Shown here in pieces: positions 1 through 30,982 of a stretch of 64,000 bases of DNA. The notes beneath the pieces were generated by a model. The model saw nothing but the letters and a program-made list of their open reading frames with translations, was not told the DNA's origin and made no database searches. A program made the translations under genes and the position numbers. The stretch is taken from contig BFEA01000029.1 of NCBI GenBank assembly GCA_003427395.1, positions 3,754,366-3,818,365 of the forward strand, in the 5' to 3' direction. Numbering within the stretch: position 1 is the stretch's first letter; each line of letters begins with the position of its first letter. The stretch comes from Chara braunii (taxonomy: Eukaryota > Plantae > Charophyceae).

Positions 1-500
1 TGTGGCGCGCCGATCTGTATTTTGGTGCAATGCAAGACGGGGGGGGGACGTGTGGTGTGGTGGAGGCAAGAAAGAATTGAAACGCAGAACGAATGAAGGC
101 GGGAAGGCGGGAAGCGGTGGTGGCAGCTACCTACGGTAGCCTCGGCTGGAGGGCCGCGAGAGTGTTGACTGGGAAAGAAAAGGGAAGGAAAGGAGGTCGA
201 TTCCGAAAATCGAAAATCCGAAAAAGAAAGAGGGCAAAAAAAAAGGAAGAATAGAGGCGGGGACTGGGTTCGGCTGGAGGTTAGGAAAGCGTGGGGACCG
301 TCGGTTGGCGCAATCGACGCCCCTGGACTTGCCTCGTCATCGTTGGGAGCCGTGCAGCGCTGGTTGTCGGGTAGCGGACCAGTCACCAGCCTGGACACCC
401 ACATCGGACGAATATGGCCAACAAGGCCAGGAAAGAGTGCGCGAGGAGTAATCTCTGGCGTGGCAGCGCGAAGAGGCCGGAAAGCGACTTTCGACAGTGG

Positions 501-655
501 CACGTCACCGCCAGCAAGGGCAACAGCGAAGCATCAAGGGGCCACGAAGGCCGCCAGTTCCACCATCCGTCGCCTGGGAGTAGGCACAGTTGGCGCCTCG
601 TCACAAGCATGCGGGACGGAGAGAGCGAGAAGAAGAGAAGAGCGGCGCACACGTG
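501..655. promoter_or_regulatory. ACGT-core elements upstream of GBF: CACGTCA (TGACGTG on -) at 501 and G-box CACGTG at 650-655
   Basis: Motifs read directly, 480-640 bp upstream of the proposed ATG. Function is untested. Confidence 0.35.
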
Positions 656-853
656 GGTAACTGAAAGGACCTGGATACCCGTGCGCGCGATTCGTCCCTT
701 CATGTCAGCTCGCCGCTCACGAGCTCTAGCTATGGCGTGCGATCCACCCGAACGTTGACAGCGCGGGCATGGAATGTCCCTTTTGCTCTTGTCATCCGAA
801 GATTGCGTCTGTTTAAGTGGAATTGAGGAATAGCGCGATTTTGAACACTCACT

Positions 854-892
854 CACACACACACACACACGCAGCGAGCGAGCGAGCGAGCG

Positions 893-966
<74 letters not shown>

Positions 967-967
967 N

Positions 968-1050
<83 letters not shown>
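854..1050 (+). repeat. Compound microsatellite (CA)n-(GCGA)n-(GA)n just upstream of the GBF start
   Basis: Direct reading; one N inside the tract. Confidence 0.95.
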
Positions 1051-1052
<2 letters not shown>

Positions 1053-1135
1053 CCATCCCGATTGGAATTGGGCTAGTGAACGCGGCGTGTTCTGCAGGAA
1101 CGATCCTCGAGACGTCAACCTGAAGGGCACCCTCA

Positions 1136-18737
<17,602 letters not shown>

Positions 18738-19548
18738 ATGCTGGGATACTTATCAGAGAGTTACTGATCTTCCTTGGTAGGTATTTTTCCCCTTTTTGTT
18801 AATTGTTGTACACAAACAGTGTCAAGTAGCTCCCGACAGGCTTCCTTTTGCACTTGACCATTATTGCAGCTCCTCGTTTGCATATGTATGGAGCTCTGTA
18901 TGGCGAGCTGCCGTGCAGCAATCCTTATACCAGATTTCCACTTCAACTGTCAAAACATCAGTTGAACCGCGCCTGACCCTTGCCTCGGCAGTGTCCTCCA
19001 TTAGCAGGAAGTGTTCAAGTGTCTTGGTTATGTGGGCATTTCTTGTGGAGATTTGGTCTTCTTTCTTGATCCTGCTCGAGTCTTGTTAGCCCGTTTTTGA
19101 AACCACGTCTTCGACTCCAGGCATCACTTCGATAGGACGCCGGTGTGAGTATATAGTGTACTTTCCTGGCTGCATGCATGCATCTGGATACTTGGTAGGA
19201 ATTGATGCGCCTCCTGTTTGTGTCTGCAAGGGAGGTTGACCCTTGGAAAGAATATCACTGTATTGGGGCAGCTCTTTGCTCCTCTACTTGGTGGTGATGA
19301 TTCTGGCATGGCATGGTTGCAGATGAAGCCATTCGAAGTTCTCATAATAAGTTACTGTTGCACACTCCAATGTAGTATTTTTTGATGCGCTCTCTGATGG
19401 GCATTTTATCACAGTGGATTGGAAGTTTTGAGCACTGAATATGCTGGCCTTGAACTGGTTCAGCATGAACTTGAATTCAGGCAGGCTTGTCACCATTCAG
19501 TCTCTGTAAGTGGGTGATCGTTGATAGTGTCATAAGGCTATAGGCAGT

Positions 19549-19550
<2 letters not shown>

Positions 19551-19639
<89 letters not shown>

Positions 19640-19640
19640 N

Positions 19641-19726
<86 letters not shown>
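19551..19726 (+). repeat. (CT)n microsatellite
   Basis: Direct reading. Confidence 0.95.
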
Positions 19727-19729
<3 letters not shown>

Positions 19730-22700
19730 CCGCGCGTGCGCGCTCTTGCTCTCGTTCTCTCGTGGGAATTTCTCTTGGGTTTGGGTAAGGTCCACTGAGG
19801 GCAGCCGGCGTGGTTTCTCGTCTGGCTCATTTGCTCTGGTTGTAGTCTTGCCCCTGCAATTTTTAGTGCCATCTTTCTCATGTTTCTTTGCCTGGGCTGT
19901 GCACGGAGAGGGTGTTTGCTTTGCTTTGTGCACAGCAGATGGCATGGCACAGAGGTGTGCCATAATATTGACGGGCATCATCAAGAGAGTCTGTTGTCCC
20001 TTTCCAAGGGATGGTAGACGATGTCTGTAGAACGCAAGCTGATCATTGAGAATGCTACTCTTGAACAGCTGGTTTTGAAGTTCTCTTTTCCTTTGAACTC
20101 CAGATTGAATCCGACTCCCTGTTTGGGGTTGATTGGTCATTCACTGCTGGGTTGCAGAGTGCATTTCCACGACGTCTGTTTCCTCTCCCCTTCTTTGTCT
20201 CCGCTTCTCTCAGTTACTTTTCCTTCCTTCGTCCCTCGTCCTGCTCCATCTGTTTCCTGTCCTCTTCTGTTCTCTTCACCTGTCTTGATTCCCTTGTGTT
20301 TCCCCCACCTTCCCACTCACGGCCTCCTTGCTTTTACACTGCCCAACTCTCTGCTTCTTGCTCTTCCCTTGCTGCTTTGCGAACATCCCATTTGCTTTCC
20401 CATTCTCTCTCATTTTACGCTTTGTTTCTTCCAGATCAAGGAGGGAGATACCTTAGCATTGTCTGGTATATTAGAAGTACCTCATCTTCGGAGTTTTAGA
20501 GTCGATAGAGGCAAGCGAGTTGGGTATTGAAGTCTCTGGGAACGAAGTTGCCCACCTTCTATCCTTTCGTGAAGGGAGGAAGCTGGGTCTGTCCCTGTCT
20601 TCTGAGGCAAGGGACCATGATATTCTGTTGGGACCCCATGCCATTTGGTTGGGTTTTGTGACACTGGGGGATGAGGATTCCCTTGTCTCGGGTGTGCGGT
20701 ATGGCAAACTGGTGAACGGTAGTCGTAGTAGTTGTTTTATGCAACATGATCTTCCTCCATGTAAATAGGCATCTGTTGATTGGTGCAGGGCAGATTTCGC
20801 TGTCTCTTCTGCTCTTTTGTCCTTCCCCCTCTCTTCTTCCTCCCGCCCGGCACCTTCCTTCTGCCCCCCTTACCTTCCCTATAACCTTTCTCATTTCCCT
20901 CCCTCCTGTACAGTATTGCACTGTAATTGCTGCGTTGCATAACTGTAGCTGCCCTTAGTCGCCCTAACTTTGGGCGTGGATTTCTACGTATTGTCTCTGC
21001 AGAGGGCAGCGGATGTCTTATGAATGGCTGCCCGTTGTTGGCCACCCATAGCTTTGGTCAGTAGTTTGCTGCTCTATGCCCTCAGTGCGGGCTGCACTAC
21101 ATAGGTGTTCTTTAGTTAAAGATGGTTCTTTTTCGGGTTAAAACCGGATGCGGCAAATCCTGCGTCGGTCATGATGTGGACAATGAGAACCTCGCCCTCA
21201 TCCCTGAGCCATAGATGGGTTGGGTTTGAATGTAAGGTGGTCGTCTGATCGCTGGGGGAGAGGACCAAACTTGCAAGTGTATGATATGTTGGATTGGATC
21301 ATTTGAGTCGAAAAGGTCCACAGAATGTGTTCATTATTTGGGCTGTCAAGTTCTCAACGACACTTTGTTGGTCCGTTGGTCGAGACTGTGCAGAGCGAGG
21401 GCATTGATCTGTTCTGGAGTGGAGAAGTAGGCAGAGGAGACAACGTTCTTGGCAGGTGATAGTACTCTGGCAGAAAGTGGGATGGGATGGGATGGGATGG
21501 TCTTCTTTAGAGACATAAGTGTTAGTAATCTGTACAGAGCATCTTGACCAAGGGGGCATGAAGGAGTGGCTACGAGAGCGTCGAGAGGTTTATTCAGGAC
21601 AGTGGTTGGCTGCTTGTTCCTTTTCACAGTTTTGGATGTTGACTGCGTATTTTCAATTGACAGTCGCATACATTTTTCTGCCCTTCCTCCATCTGTTTTG
21701 CTCTATGTTTATGAATGATTTTCTCTATGCCAGCTATGCTCAGCGCTCGGTGGGGTCGAGAACCTGGCAAGGGGGTACTTTGCTCCTCCTCTTATCTTTT
21801 GCTCTCATTATTTTCTCACAAAATTTCTGCTGGCAGTTGAGGATATGAATGACGAAATATTATTCGTAGATCCCCCCCCCCCCCGCCTCCCTCTCTGATA
21901 TATCCTTCAAATGGAGTTGACACCGCCCGCACCCAGCCAGGGTTGCATGGGAAAAGGTTGGTGATTTTCTTGTCATCAATCCCCCCTGATCCTCCCTCCT
22001 CTTCCCTTGCTGGTGTGATAGAGTATGGTGCAATTGCGAGTGGCAGAATTAACATTTCATACTTTTTGACAGAATGAGGACACATGGGTGATATCACTGA
22101 TATCACTGATATGCCAATAATATTTTGTGGGAATTTTGGTTTTCTGTTGTCTAATTTCAATTTCGGCAATTCGTGTTGAGCCCAGATAAGAGAAGATGGA
22201 AGTGAGTTTTTCACGAGAACAGCTTGTACGTTATTCATGAGATGAGCTTATGTACCTCCAGAAACCTATGCTAATCTTTTGCAGTGTGCTTATGGACCTT
22301 AGAGGCAGGTGCTGCTGGATGGATGTTTGGACTTCTTGTTGGGAAATGTGCTTGTGCCTGGTAACACACCTATATGGTGAAAGATAATTTTCCGTGAAAG
22401 ATAAATTTTCCGTGAAAGATAATTTTCGGTGACCTGCGTAATCTGCATTGCATTTCGGAACAGATATGGTATGGAGATGTAACCTATATCCAGGTTTTGA
22501 GATCCAGTGGGGGATGCTCCGGTGGCAAATGTTTCTGAAGAGTTGTTTTTTTTTTTCCCCTCTTTGCTTTGGAAATTGTAGCTGCACAGGTAACTTCAGA
22601 AGAGTTGTTTCCCCCCCCCCCCCCCCCCTCTTTTTCTGAANNNNNNNNNNNNNNNNNNNNNNNNNNNNNNNNNNNNNNNNNNNNNNNNNNNNNNNNNNNN

Positions 22701-23298
22701 NNNNNNNNNNNNNNNNNNNNNNNNNNNNNNNNNNNNNNNNNNNNNNNNNNNNNNNNNNNNNNNNNNNNNNNNNNNNNNNNNNNNNNNNNNNNNNNNNNNN
22801 NNNNNNNNNNNNNNNNNNNNNNNNNNNNNNNNNNNNNNNNNNNNNNNNNNNNNNNNNNNNNNNNNNNNNNNNNNNNNNNNNNNNNNNNNNNNNNNNNNNN
22901 NNNNNNNNNNNNNNNNNNNNNNNNNNNNNNNNNNNNNNNNNNNNNNNNNNNNNNNNNNNNNNNNNNNNNNNNNNNNNNNNNNNNNNNNNNNNNNNNNNNN
23001 NNNNNNNNNNNNNNNNNNNNNNNNNNNNNNNNNNNNNNNNNNNNNNNNNNNNNNNNNNNNNNNNNNNNNNNNNNNNNNNNNNNNNNNNNNNNNNNNNNNN
23101 NNNNNNNNNNNNNNNNNNNNNNNNNNNNNNNNNNNNNNNNNNNNNNNNNNNNNNNNNNNNNNNNNNNNNNNNNNNNNNNNNNNNNNNNNNNNNNNNNNNN
23201 NNNNNNNNNNNNNNNNNNNNNNNNNNNNNNNNNNNNNNNNNNNNNNNNNNNNNNNNNNNNNNNNNNNNNNNNNNNNNNNNNNNNNNNNNNNNNNNNNN

Positions 23299-23362
<64 letters not shown>
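23299..23362 (+). repeat. (GA)n microsatellite at an assembly gap edge
   Basis: Direct reading. Confidence 0.9.
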
Positions 23363-23368
<6 letters not shown>

Positions 23369-23504
23369 GGAAGGGGAGAGGGAGAGAGGGTGAGGTTGGG
23401 CTTAGGTCCGGGGCTATGGAATGGGTCTTATGCTTTGGTCTGGGTCAAGGGCTCAGTCTGGCGTCTAGGATCTGCATCTGGGCCTGAGTTTGGAACGAGT
23501 ATGG

Positions 23505-23645
23505 ATGGGTTCCCACTCTGGGTCTGAGGATTAGGATGGGGCTGTGTTTGGGATTGGGTATGGGTTCCCACTCTGGGTCTCAGGTATGGGTTCCCACTCT
23601 GGGTCTCAGGTATGGGTTCCCACTATGGGTTCCCACTTTGGGTTT
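23505..23645 (+). repeat. Minisatellite of ATGGGTTCCCACTCTGGGTCTCAGG-like units
   Basis: ATGGGTTCCCACT repeated 5 times with variable spacing. Confidence 0.8.
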
Positions 23646-24512
23646 GGGTAGGCTTCCGCGCCAAGGGAATATGAGGCTGACATGTAAGGCAACGACTATC
23701 AAAAGTGGCTGGAAGAACAAACAGGTGTGACCAGGCAATCAAAAATGCATCACCCATCATATTTTTCACTGCATGCGAATAACAGGTCACATAAAATGGG
23801 GTGACTGCGATTTAATGTCAGCATATGCAAGGTAAGGACATTTAGCAATAATGCTGGGAATATAAGGAATTATAGAGTTGCCTAGGGTTTACGGTGCCAC
23901 AACGGAGTTTTTGTCGTTGGGGTTGGCGTCCATAAGGGTATGCAAAACCTTTGTTAGCATGCAAGGTGCTATGTCAAAGCAAACAGGTTTTTAATATTAC
24001 ATGAAGGATGGTTTGTTGATGTCAGAAGCGCTGTCATCATCTGTATGGGCCTAAGATGCTGGAGAAAAAGATGAGAGATCCGAAAGATCCCACTGTTTGG
24101 AGGAAACCCACTGAGAGGCTGGCAGAGGTTTATGCATTGATGATGGCCCATAACTGTTTGTAGCAATAGTAACCCATGATATCCATGAACTGGTGTAGTT
24201 TTTTTCCTGTTGAGGTTTATCCATTGATGATAGCCGAGAGAGGTTTATCCATTGATGATAACCGATAGCATACCACAGAATTCCCTCACACACCGGTGTG
24301 CTAACAGCTGCGGTGCCCAGAGTGCATTAATAGTCAATGGGTCCTCGAATTTTCAGATATGAAACATATGAAATCCAGTTGAGATTTGGAAAAAAACAAA
24401 TCCAAGTGAGATTTTCATGTTTGAATGTGGTGCGATGTTGATCATTTTTCCCATTTCACAGATGAAGATTTTATGACATATGAGTTTTTAGTAACTAATT
24501 ACTTACTTATAT

Positions 24513-24703
24513 TGTCAAACAGAGCTGCCCGGTAAACCGTTGGCAGAGATGGAGAAGAGGACAACAAACGAGGGGCTGTGAGTTTCACTCACTCATCAGG
24601 AGGCGGACCCCCCAACAGTCTGCAGAATTCCCTAACTGATTGCACTGTAAGTGATAATCCACCTTAACCCCGGCTGTGGTTAAGCATCAACGACTGCTCG
24701 ACA
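24513..24703 (-). repeat. Direct repeat A (191 bp) of a hammerhead-bearing element
   Basis: Aligns end-to-end with 36910-37116 (GAAGAGGACAACAAACGAGGGGCTGT, ACTCATCAGGAGGC, CACTGTAAGTGATAATCCACCTTAACCC). Ends are TGTCAA...TCGACA. Confidence 0.85.
24578..24623 (-). ncRNA. Type III hammerhead remnant in repeat A (GAAA box and 3' stem III deleted)
   Basis: Minus strand reads GCAGACUG-UU GGGG-GGUCCG-CCUC CUGAUGA GUGAG-UGAAA-CUCAC, followed by a deletion relative to repeat B. Confidence 0.6.
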
Positions 24704-24744
24704 ACGAATACCCTGATGCGGGCACCAACCACTGCCCGCGAGGC

Positions 24745-25685
24745 AGAAAGGGCAAATGGGTAACTGTTTCCTATACCCGACTGTACCCAGCTGCAACCGC
24801 CAGGTTACGGGTGGGGTTGCGTACCCCTTCCAAAGTGGGACTTGGGTATGGGAAGGGAGGGGCAGTGGCGGCGGAAAGCCCTGGGATGGGCGGCCGAAAA
24901 GAAAAATAAAATGGGTATGGGCAGATGCGAGTGGCAACAGAAAAAACTGGTATGGGTACGGGAGGGTAAAGGTTCCTATTGGGTAACCATGAAATACCTG
25001 GTGCCTACCCATTCCAAACCCCTCGTCCAGCCAACCCTGTCCCTCCACCCCCCTCTCCCGCCACCTCAAGTTATAGGCCCAATTTCTTTTCTACACCTGC
25101 CGTGTCGAAAGTTCCAAACAACCAAATGATTTTTTTTCCAGGCCGCTGCGCCGCTGCGTTGTTGGAAGTCAAGAGGTTCCCCGACTTCGAGCTGGGAGTG
25201 TGTCACGCTCCACTACTCACAAAATGCCAAGAAGAAAACAAAAAGATGGTGTATCATCCCATGTTCCAGCGGAAGATTCATTCTGATTTCCAACATTTCG
25301 TGAGTAGTGGAGCGAGGCCCATTGCCTCCCGCCCTGAGGCAGAGTTGGCAACCGAGATTTTTTAAAATACCTGTAACCAACCTAAGCGCACCCGCTTTGA
25401 AAACCATCTAACCATACCGACTATATACCTGGCCTATTGAACCTTTACCCATCTCTACCTGCTCCAAAAGAAAAAGATGTGTACCCATACCTGCTCTATC
25501 TTAACCTTTTCAGACTGTAACTGCCCATACCTGCCCATGTGCTTTTTTTAATTCCAAAACCACCCATGGCCACATAAACCTGAACCGTTTGTTAACCACT
25601 TGTATCCTATGCGACCCAGGTTTTTTTTTCATGTACCCACCCACAATTGTATGCACCCACACCCAACCGACCGCGCCCATCCCTC
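24745..25685. mobile_element. Probable decayed non-autonomous DNA transposon/MITE rich in GGGTA/TACCC motifs
   Basis: The left half is GGGTA(TGGG)-rich and the right half has the complementary CCCATACC/GAACCTTTACCC motifs. The right half resembles 61352-61475. Exact termini are not resolved. Confidence 0.4.
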
Positions 25686-26583
25686 GAGTCCTGACACATG
25701 CTGCTCCTGCCGATCACACCTGCAACGCCCTCTTGCCAGGTCACACTTACAACGCTAGCAATGGACGCTATGGAAGATGGACAATTACAGGTGGTAAGAC
25801 GACAATGAGTGGGGATGTGAACGACGAACAGCGACTCCGGGGCGTAGTGAGAACAGGGAATGGAAAGGGGTACCTGTGACGAAAATCAAAGCAGACTATC
25901 ACTCAACCAGACCAGATGGAGAACTCTACAGATTGTCCATCCACACTCCTTTTTTTTTTTTTTTTTTTTTCAAAAAGTCCTCCTGCCAGTGCTAGTGCTG
26001 CTGATATGAGCAGACACCACTAGCACCCAGGTGGAGGCTCCATCTATTGGTGGGGAGCATCACCTGCTGGAAACCGGGTCCAGCGTCCCATAATCGTCCA
26101 CAAAGAAAAGGAAGATGTTCAAGATCCGTGATTTTGAGACCTGCCAGCATTGATTGCCCTGTCTCCAGGGGGATTTATTGAACAGGTATGTGTGACCGAA
26201 ATCATGGTGATGTAGTCCTTGTAGCCCTTGTTATCCGTATCTCTTCACCCCCGGGAGGGGGTGCCAGATGTCCTCAATAAGCACTGATTCCTGAACAAGG
26301 AGTAGTAAAACTGTTTTATTTAGAAGAAAAACTCCCTGGGGGGCTCCAGGGGAGAGTTCCTTATATGAAAAAGAAAATGTAGGTAGAATGAGTTACTGGT
26401 TTATCTCAATTAAGACAGGATCTCGGTCAGGCAAAGGGCGTGGGGCGGGAAGGGGTCAGGGAAATCAGCAGGGGGGCGGAGTGGGAAAGAGGGTTCTATG
26501 TTCGTCCAGTCCTTAAAAAATTAAGTGATAGTCTCTCATTTCTTCCAGACTCCTCTGTCCCTCCCCCCCATCTCCACTCCATT

Positions 26584-29500
26584 CTACTTTTGCAATCCAT
26601 CCTTCCCCCCTTCCTCCCAGTCTGTACAAAAAGAAGTGATCCTTCTATTGACATCTCCTACCTGTTTAAAAAGATCTAGTTGTGATTTGGTGGCCCGCCA
26701 TCTTTGTGTGAGTTTGAAATGCAGTTGCTGCTGAATCTGTTTGGTAATTTCTGGCACCTCTACCCTCACTTTATCCATAGCCTGCGTACATCTCTGCCAC
26801 CAAAGTGCCCACAACACCGCACTCCTTCCAAGTTTGTACGTATTTTGTACGAAGGTCGTGGCCGCTGCTACGTGTGGCCAGTGGCCGGCCAGTATAGCTT
26901 GCCAAGTCCATGGCCAAGAAGATGTTGGTTCCATCTTTCTCCATATATGGTCCCAGCACCTCCATATGAATTGGGCGATCAGACATTGCAGGAAAATGTG
27001 TTCGATGGTTTCCGCCCTTTTGTGGAAGGGAAAAAGGCTCTGACATCGTTGGCATCATGGAAGCAGTAGGCCCTTTTGCTCTTAATTAGTGCGGTCGGTC
27101 AGCCAATCATTAGTTGGCAGACATCGGTGGGCGATTTGCCACTGCAGAGAAGTAATTTTCATAGGCCTTGCCTTCTGCTCCTGGAACCATTTGATCGGGG
27201 TTAGGAGAGAGCGATCCACGTTCAAGTGTCTGGCCCATCTATCGTTGATATCGTCCCTCAGCCGTTTCTTAGGTTTGAGCATTTTATAGGCTGATTTGAC
27301 TGACAAGTGGTGCAGGCTGATACAGCCTGCTTGGGGACCTGCCCTTTGCCGAGGAAGCTCCCAAGACCATTCTTCCGGGTCCAGAGCCAGGTCCTGGATT
27401 GATCTGAAAGGCTGGAACGCCACCTTCTACCCTTTTTCTTCAAGGATTCTCACTCTATACACGGAGTCTTTTTCTTTCCATACAAGAGGGTCTTGGCTAC
27501 CTTGGAGGGTGTTGGTTATAGTGATTGTGTAGTATCCGATTAGGACCGCCTGGGGTGAAACCATGTGTATTTGCCCTATCATCTGGGGAGGCTCCTTGCT
27601 GGCTACCCAGTCTCCTTCCTTTAAGGCGGGGCCTTGCTTGAGGGTTTGATACCATGCCAGCGGGATAGCTTCAACCAAATCATCCAAAATACTCCTTCAC
27701 GTGATGGCAATGTCGTAGAGTATCTTGCATTTGGTCGCCTGTTTTCCAGTCCTTTCTGTCCTCATCCCCAGAGATCCCCAACTCTGAGCACCCCTCTTTT
27801 AACCCAGCTCTTCTAGGGCAAAGCTGAGCTTGACATGATGCCACCAATTGAGTTAGTCACTCGTCTCTTGCCGAACAAAGGTTGTCGGTAGACTTCTTCC
27901 CAGCGATCGGGGTATGGTCTGTCTGAAAGCGGGAGTCTATGCAAGGTTTTCAATAGACAGGGCCAGAAGCTATCCAAAATTCGGTTGTCTCCGTCGAGTC
28001 CTTCCTTTGCTCGGGGAAGTTTCCATGGAATCGTCCAGAAACGGCCTCCAACCATGTCAAGGGGTGAGTGGATTGGGGGTTTCTGGGGCCAGTCGGGCCA
28101 GATGTTCTAGAGCCGGAACGCACCATGGACTCTGGGGGGCGAAAATGAGTTTTTTAATCCATTTAAGACATAGTGCTTGCACTTGTGTGGCTGGGTCAAT
28201 TATTCATAGGCCTCCCCGTGCCTTAGGTTGTATGATGGAATCCCATGCCACGCTGTTGATTACGTTATGGAGCTCGCCATCCCCCCTCCATAAGAAGGCG
28301 GTCACCTTTTTCTTTAGGTTTTTAAGGGCTGTTTTGCTTAGTGACCACAATAGTGATTTGTCCCATAAGGATGCGAAGATGACATTATTAATCACTAATG
28401 CGCAGACGAAAAGAGATGTGTGTTTGCTTCTCCAGTTTGCTAGTTTTTGCCTGGCTGGGTTGCCAATCCATTCGTCGTTGGTTGGTGGGCGTTCCTCGGC
28501 GGTCATGGTAACACCTAGGATTCTTACTGGGGATTCCAAGGGCATCCATTTGATTCTAGGTGACTCGGGGGGACGCCCCTCTTGGTAATAAATCCACCAC
28601 CCTTGAGTTTTACTTCCCCAGTTGACGGTCATGTCGGAAATCTTAGCAAATGTTTCCATCATATGCTGGATTTCCTCCATGTTGTTGTGTGTGGCTTCCG
28701 CCAGGATGGTGAGACCATCTGCAAAAAGAGAGCATACTGGGATAGCCTCCTCCGGGATGTGCGTGATTCAAATTTTGGTAATGTTTTTGTTTGCCCGGAG
28801 GTTGGTAGCAAGCGCTTCCATAATGACCAGAAAGAGGAAGGGAGCGATTGGGTCCCCTTGACGGACCGAGCGTTCCAGACGTAGGGGTGGTGTTATACAT
28901 CCGTTAACCTGGATGCAGGTGGTTGCATTCTGATGTAGGATCTGAATCCAGCGTCTGAAGTTCGGTCCAAAATTCATTTTCTCCAAGCATTTATCTAAGA
29001 ATAGTCAGTCTACATGGTCGTAGGCTTTTTCAAAGTCTATGAAGACTAGTGCCGCGTTCTGAGGAGAGTGTTTTGTGAGCTGAAGTACTTCGTGGATTAA
29101 AAGGATGTTCTCTTGAATGTTCCTATTCTCCATGAAGCCTGTTTGAGAGGGATGAATGATATCTTTCATTACCGGGATCATCCTGTTAGCTAAGGCCTTC
29201 GGCAACATTTTATAGATCACTATGAGCAGTGTGATAGGGCGGTAGTTCCAGATATCCATTTTGTCCCCCTTTTTGTATAGGAGGGTTAATACGCCCTGCC
29301 CCACCCTTTCTCCCATCTCTCCCGTGATCCATACTTCTTCGTAGAAGTCCATGATATCCTGATGTAGGAAATCCCATGTGATTTCCCAAAATTCTTAGGG
29401 GAAGCTGTCAATCCCTGGTGCTTTTTCCTCCTTCATTTGCAGGAGGGCGGTCCAGATTTCCTTCTTGGAGATCGGGGCTTCCAACGAATCGCGCTGTTCA

Positions 29501-30955
29501 GGTGTCAATGATTTTTCCATTAGTTCTAGAAAGTCTTTGAGTTGGCGATCGTGATCCTGTGGGTCAGATCTGTCTATGTGCAAGGTAAAGAGATCTTTGT
29601 AGAAATCGTAGATTATTTTGGCACACCTTGCTATTGAGATAGCCGGAGTGCCTCAATTGTTGTTCTTTTGCAACGAGGCCTCGCCAGTTTAAAGAAGCGG
29701 GCATCCATTACTCCTTCGGTTGAGAGGTTGGACAGTCTTGCCCTGATCTGGGCTTCTTGCCAACGATACTGTGCATGTTTCAAAAGCTGAGCTTTTAGAT
29801 TTTGTATTTGGGATTGTGATTCCTCTGGGTTTGAATCTTGCCCTAATTCCTGCCCTTGCGAAAAGCGTTTCTGTTCAGCATCCATGAGACTTTGCATTAT
29901 CAGGATTTCCTGTTGGTGTCGCTGTGCGGCTATATGCTTGGAATATTCGTTGCATTTTTTCGCCAAAAAAAACAATCCATTGTTGAGCCAATAAATTAGA
30001 GATTCTTGTTGGGGACTTTGGTCCTTCCAGAAGGCCCAGGCCGGCTGTAGGAACTTTTGGAAGGATTTGAGATAGAGCAGAGAAGTGTTAAGTTTATAAT
30101 AGCTAGCCCCCTGGTCTGGCCGTTTGCGGAAGGTCCAGCCTGCCACACACATCCTGTGATCCAGGCCTGGGTGCGGGCTAGGTGGCAAATATGGCCGTCA
30201 AGGTTAGTCCTCCACTCAAGTCCTCTGAAACCAGAATAAGATCGATTTTCGATTTTGACAGTCTTTCGGGATTATTATTGCGTAAGCAAGTAAAAGCCTT
30301 TTCGATCTGATGGCCTCGTCTGAAGGTGTCAAAAAGTGAGAGGGAAGCGCACAAATCCCTTAAAATCCCCTCATCCTCTTCTGCGTTGCGTGCGGTGGTA
30401 GGGGGGATTTTTCATCGGTCCAGCCACCTGTCGGGTGCGGCGTTGAAATCCCCTGCTATTATTACCGGGATATCGGGGATAAGGATCGTTTCGATCTTTT
30501 CGAAGAAAACTCTTCTTTCCTGGGGGGTGTTAGGGGCGTAAATGGAAACAATGCATATTATTTCTAATTCCAGCATGCCCAACACTAACCCACCTTCCTT
30601 CCACCCTGTCTTGTTCCCAATCGAGCACTTCGAGGCGAGATTCAGGTGGGATCCATATGGCCACCCCTGCACTTCCTGGAGAAGGGGCAAAGGCCTGGTA
30701 TTTTAGAAAGGGCTTGACTTGCTTATGTGCCCTGTGATGATCCGGTGAGTCCATTAAGTGGGTTTCCTGGATGCAAATCACATCCGGCCACGTTCTTCCC
30801 CCCACCCCCCGCATCAAGTCCCACAACGNATTGTTTTTTTCAGGGTTGCGTNAGGCTAGCCCATTCACATTGATTGATCGAATATCCNGGTCTGCCTGNT
30901 GAAGGGTGTGTTTCCACTTTTGGTTCTTACCATACACCACTTTCACCCAATCCAT
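26584..30955 (-). pseudogene. LINE ORF2: AP endonuclease + reverse transcriptase + C-terminal Cys/His (zf-RVT) region, multiple stops and frameshifts
   Basis: APE motifs SINVNGL, DVICIQETH, SIYAPN, IAGDFNA. RT motifs KAPGID, NYRPITLL, QTGF, IDFEKAYDHVD, VRQGDP; FADD is mutated to FADG near 28715. C-terminal WQIAHRCLPT...ETIEHIFLQC. Confidence 0.93.
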
Positions 30956-30982
30956 TTTTATCTTGTGTGATTCTCCTTCTCA

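Noticed and set aside
21150-21215. ATGATG...CTGA as a C/D box snoRNA
   Set aside because: Box C is imperfect, the span is too short, and there is no terminal stem or recognisable guide.
21479-21496. (GGGAT)n canonical G-quadruplex motif
   Set aside because: A short microsatellite with no functional context.
22569-23393. Long X-filled ORFs here and near 34276, 47597, 55578 and 63391
   Set aside because: They are artefacts of assembly gaps.
27914-28588. 224-aa + strand ORF, also 35730-36488 (+) and 46134-46706 (+)
   Set aside because: They are antisense shadows of LINE sequence with no independent motifs.
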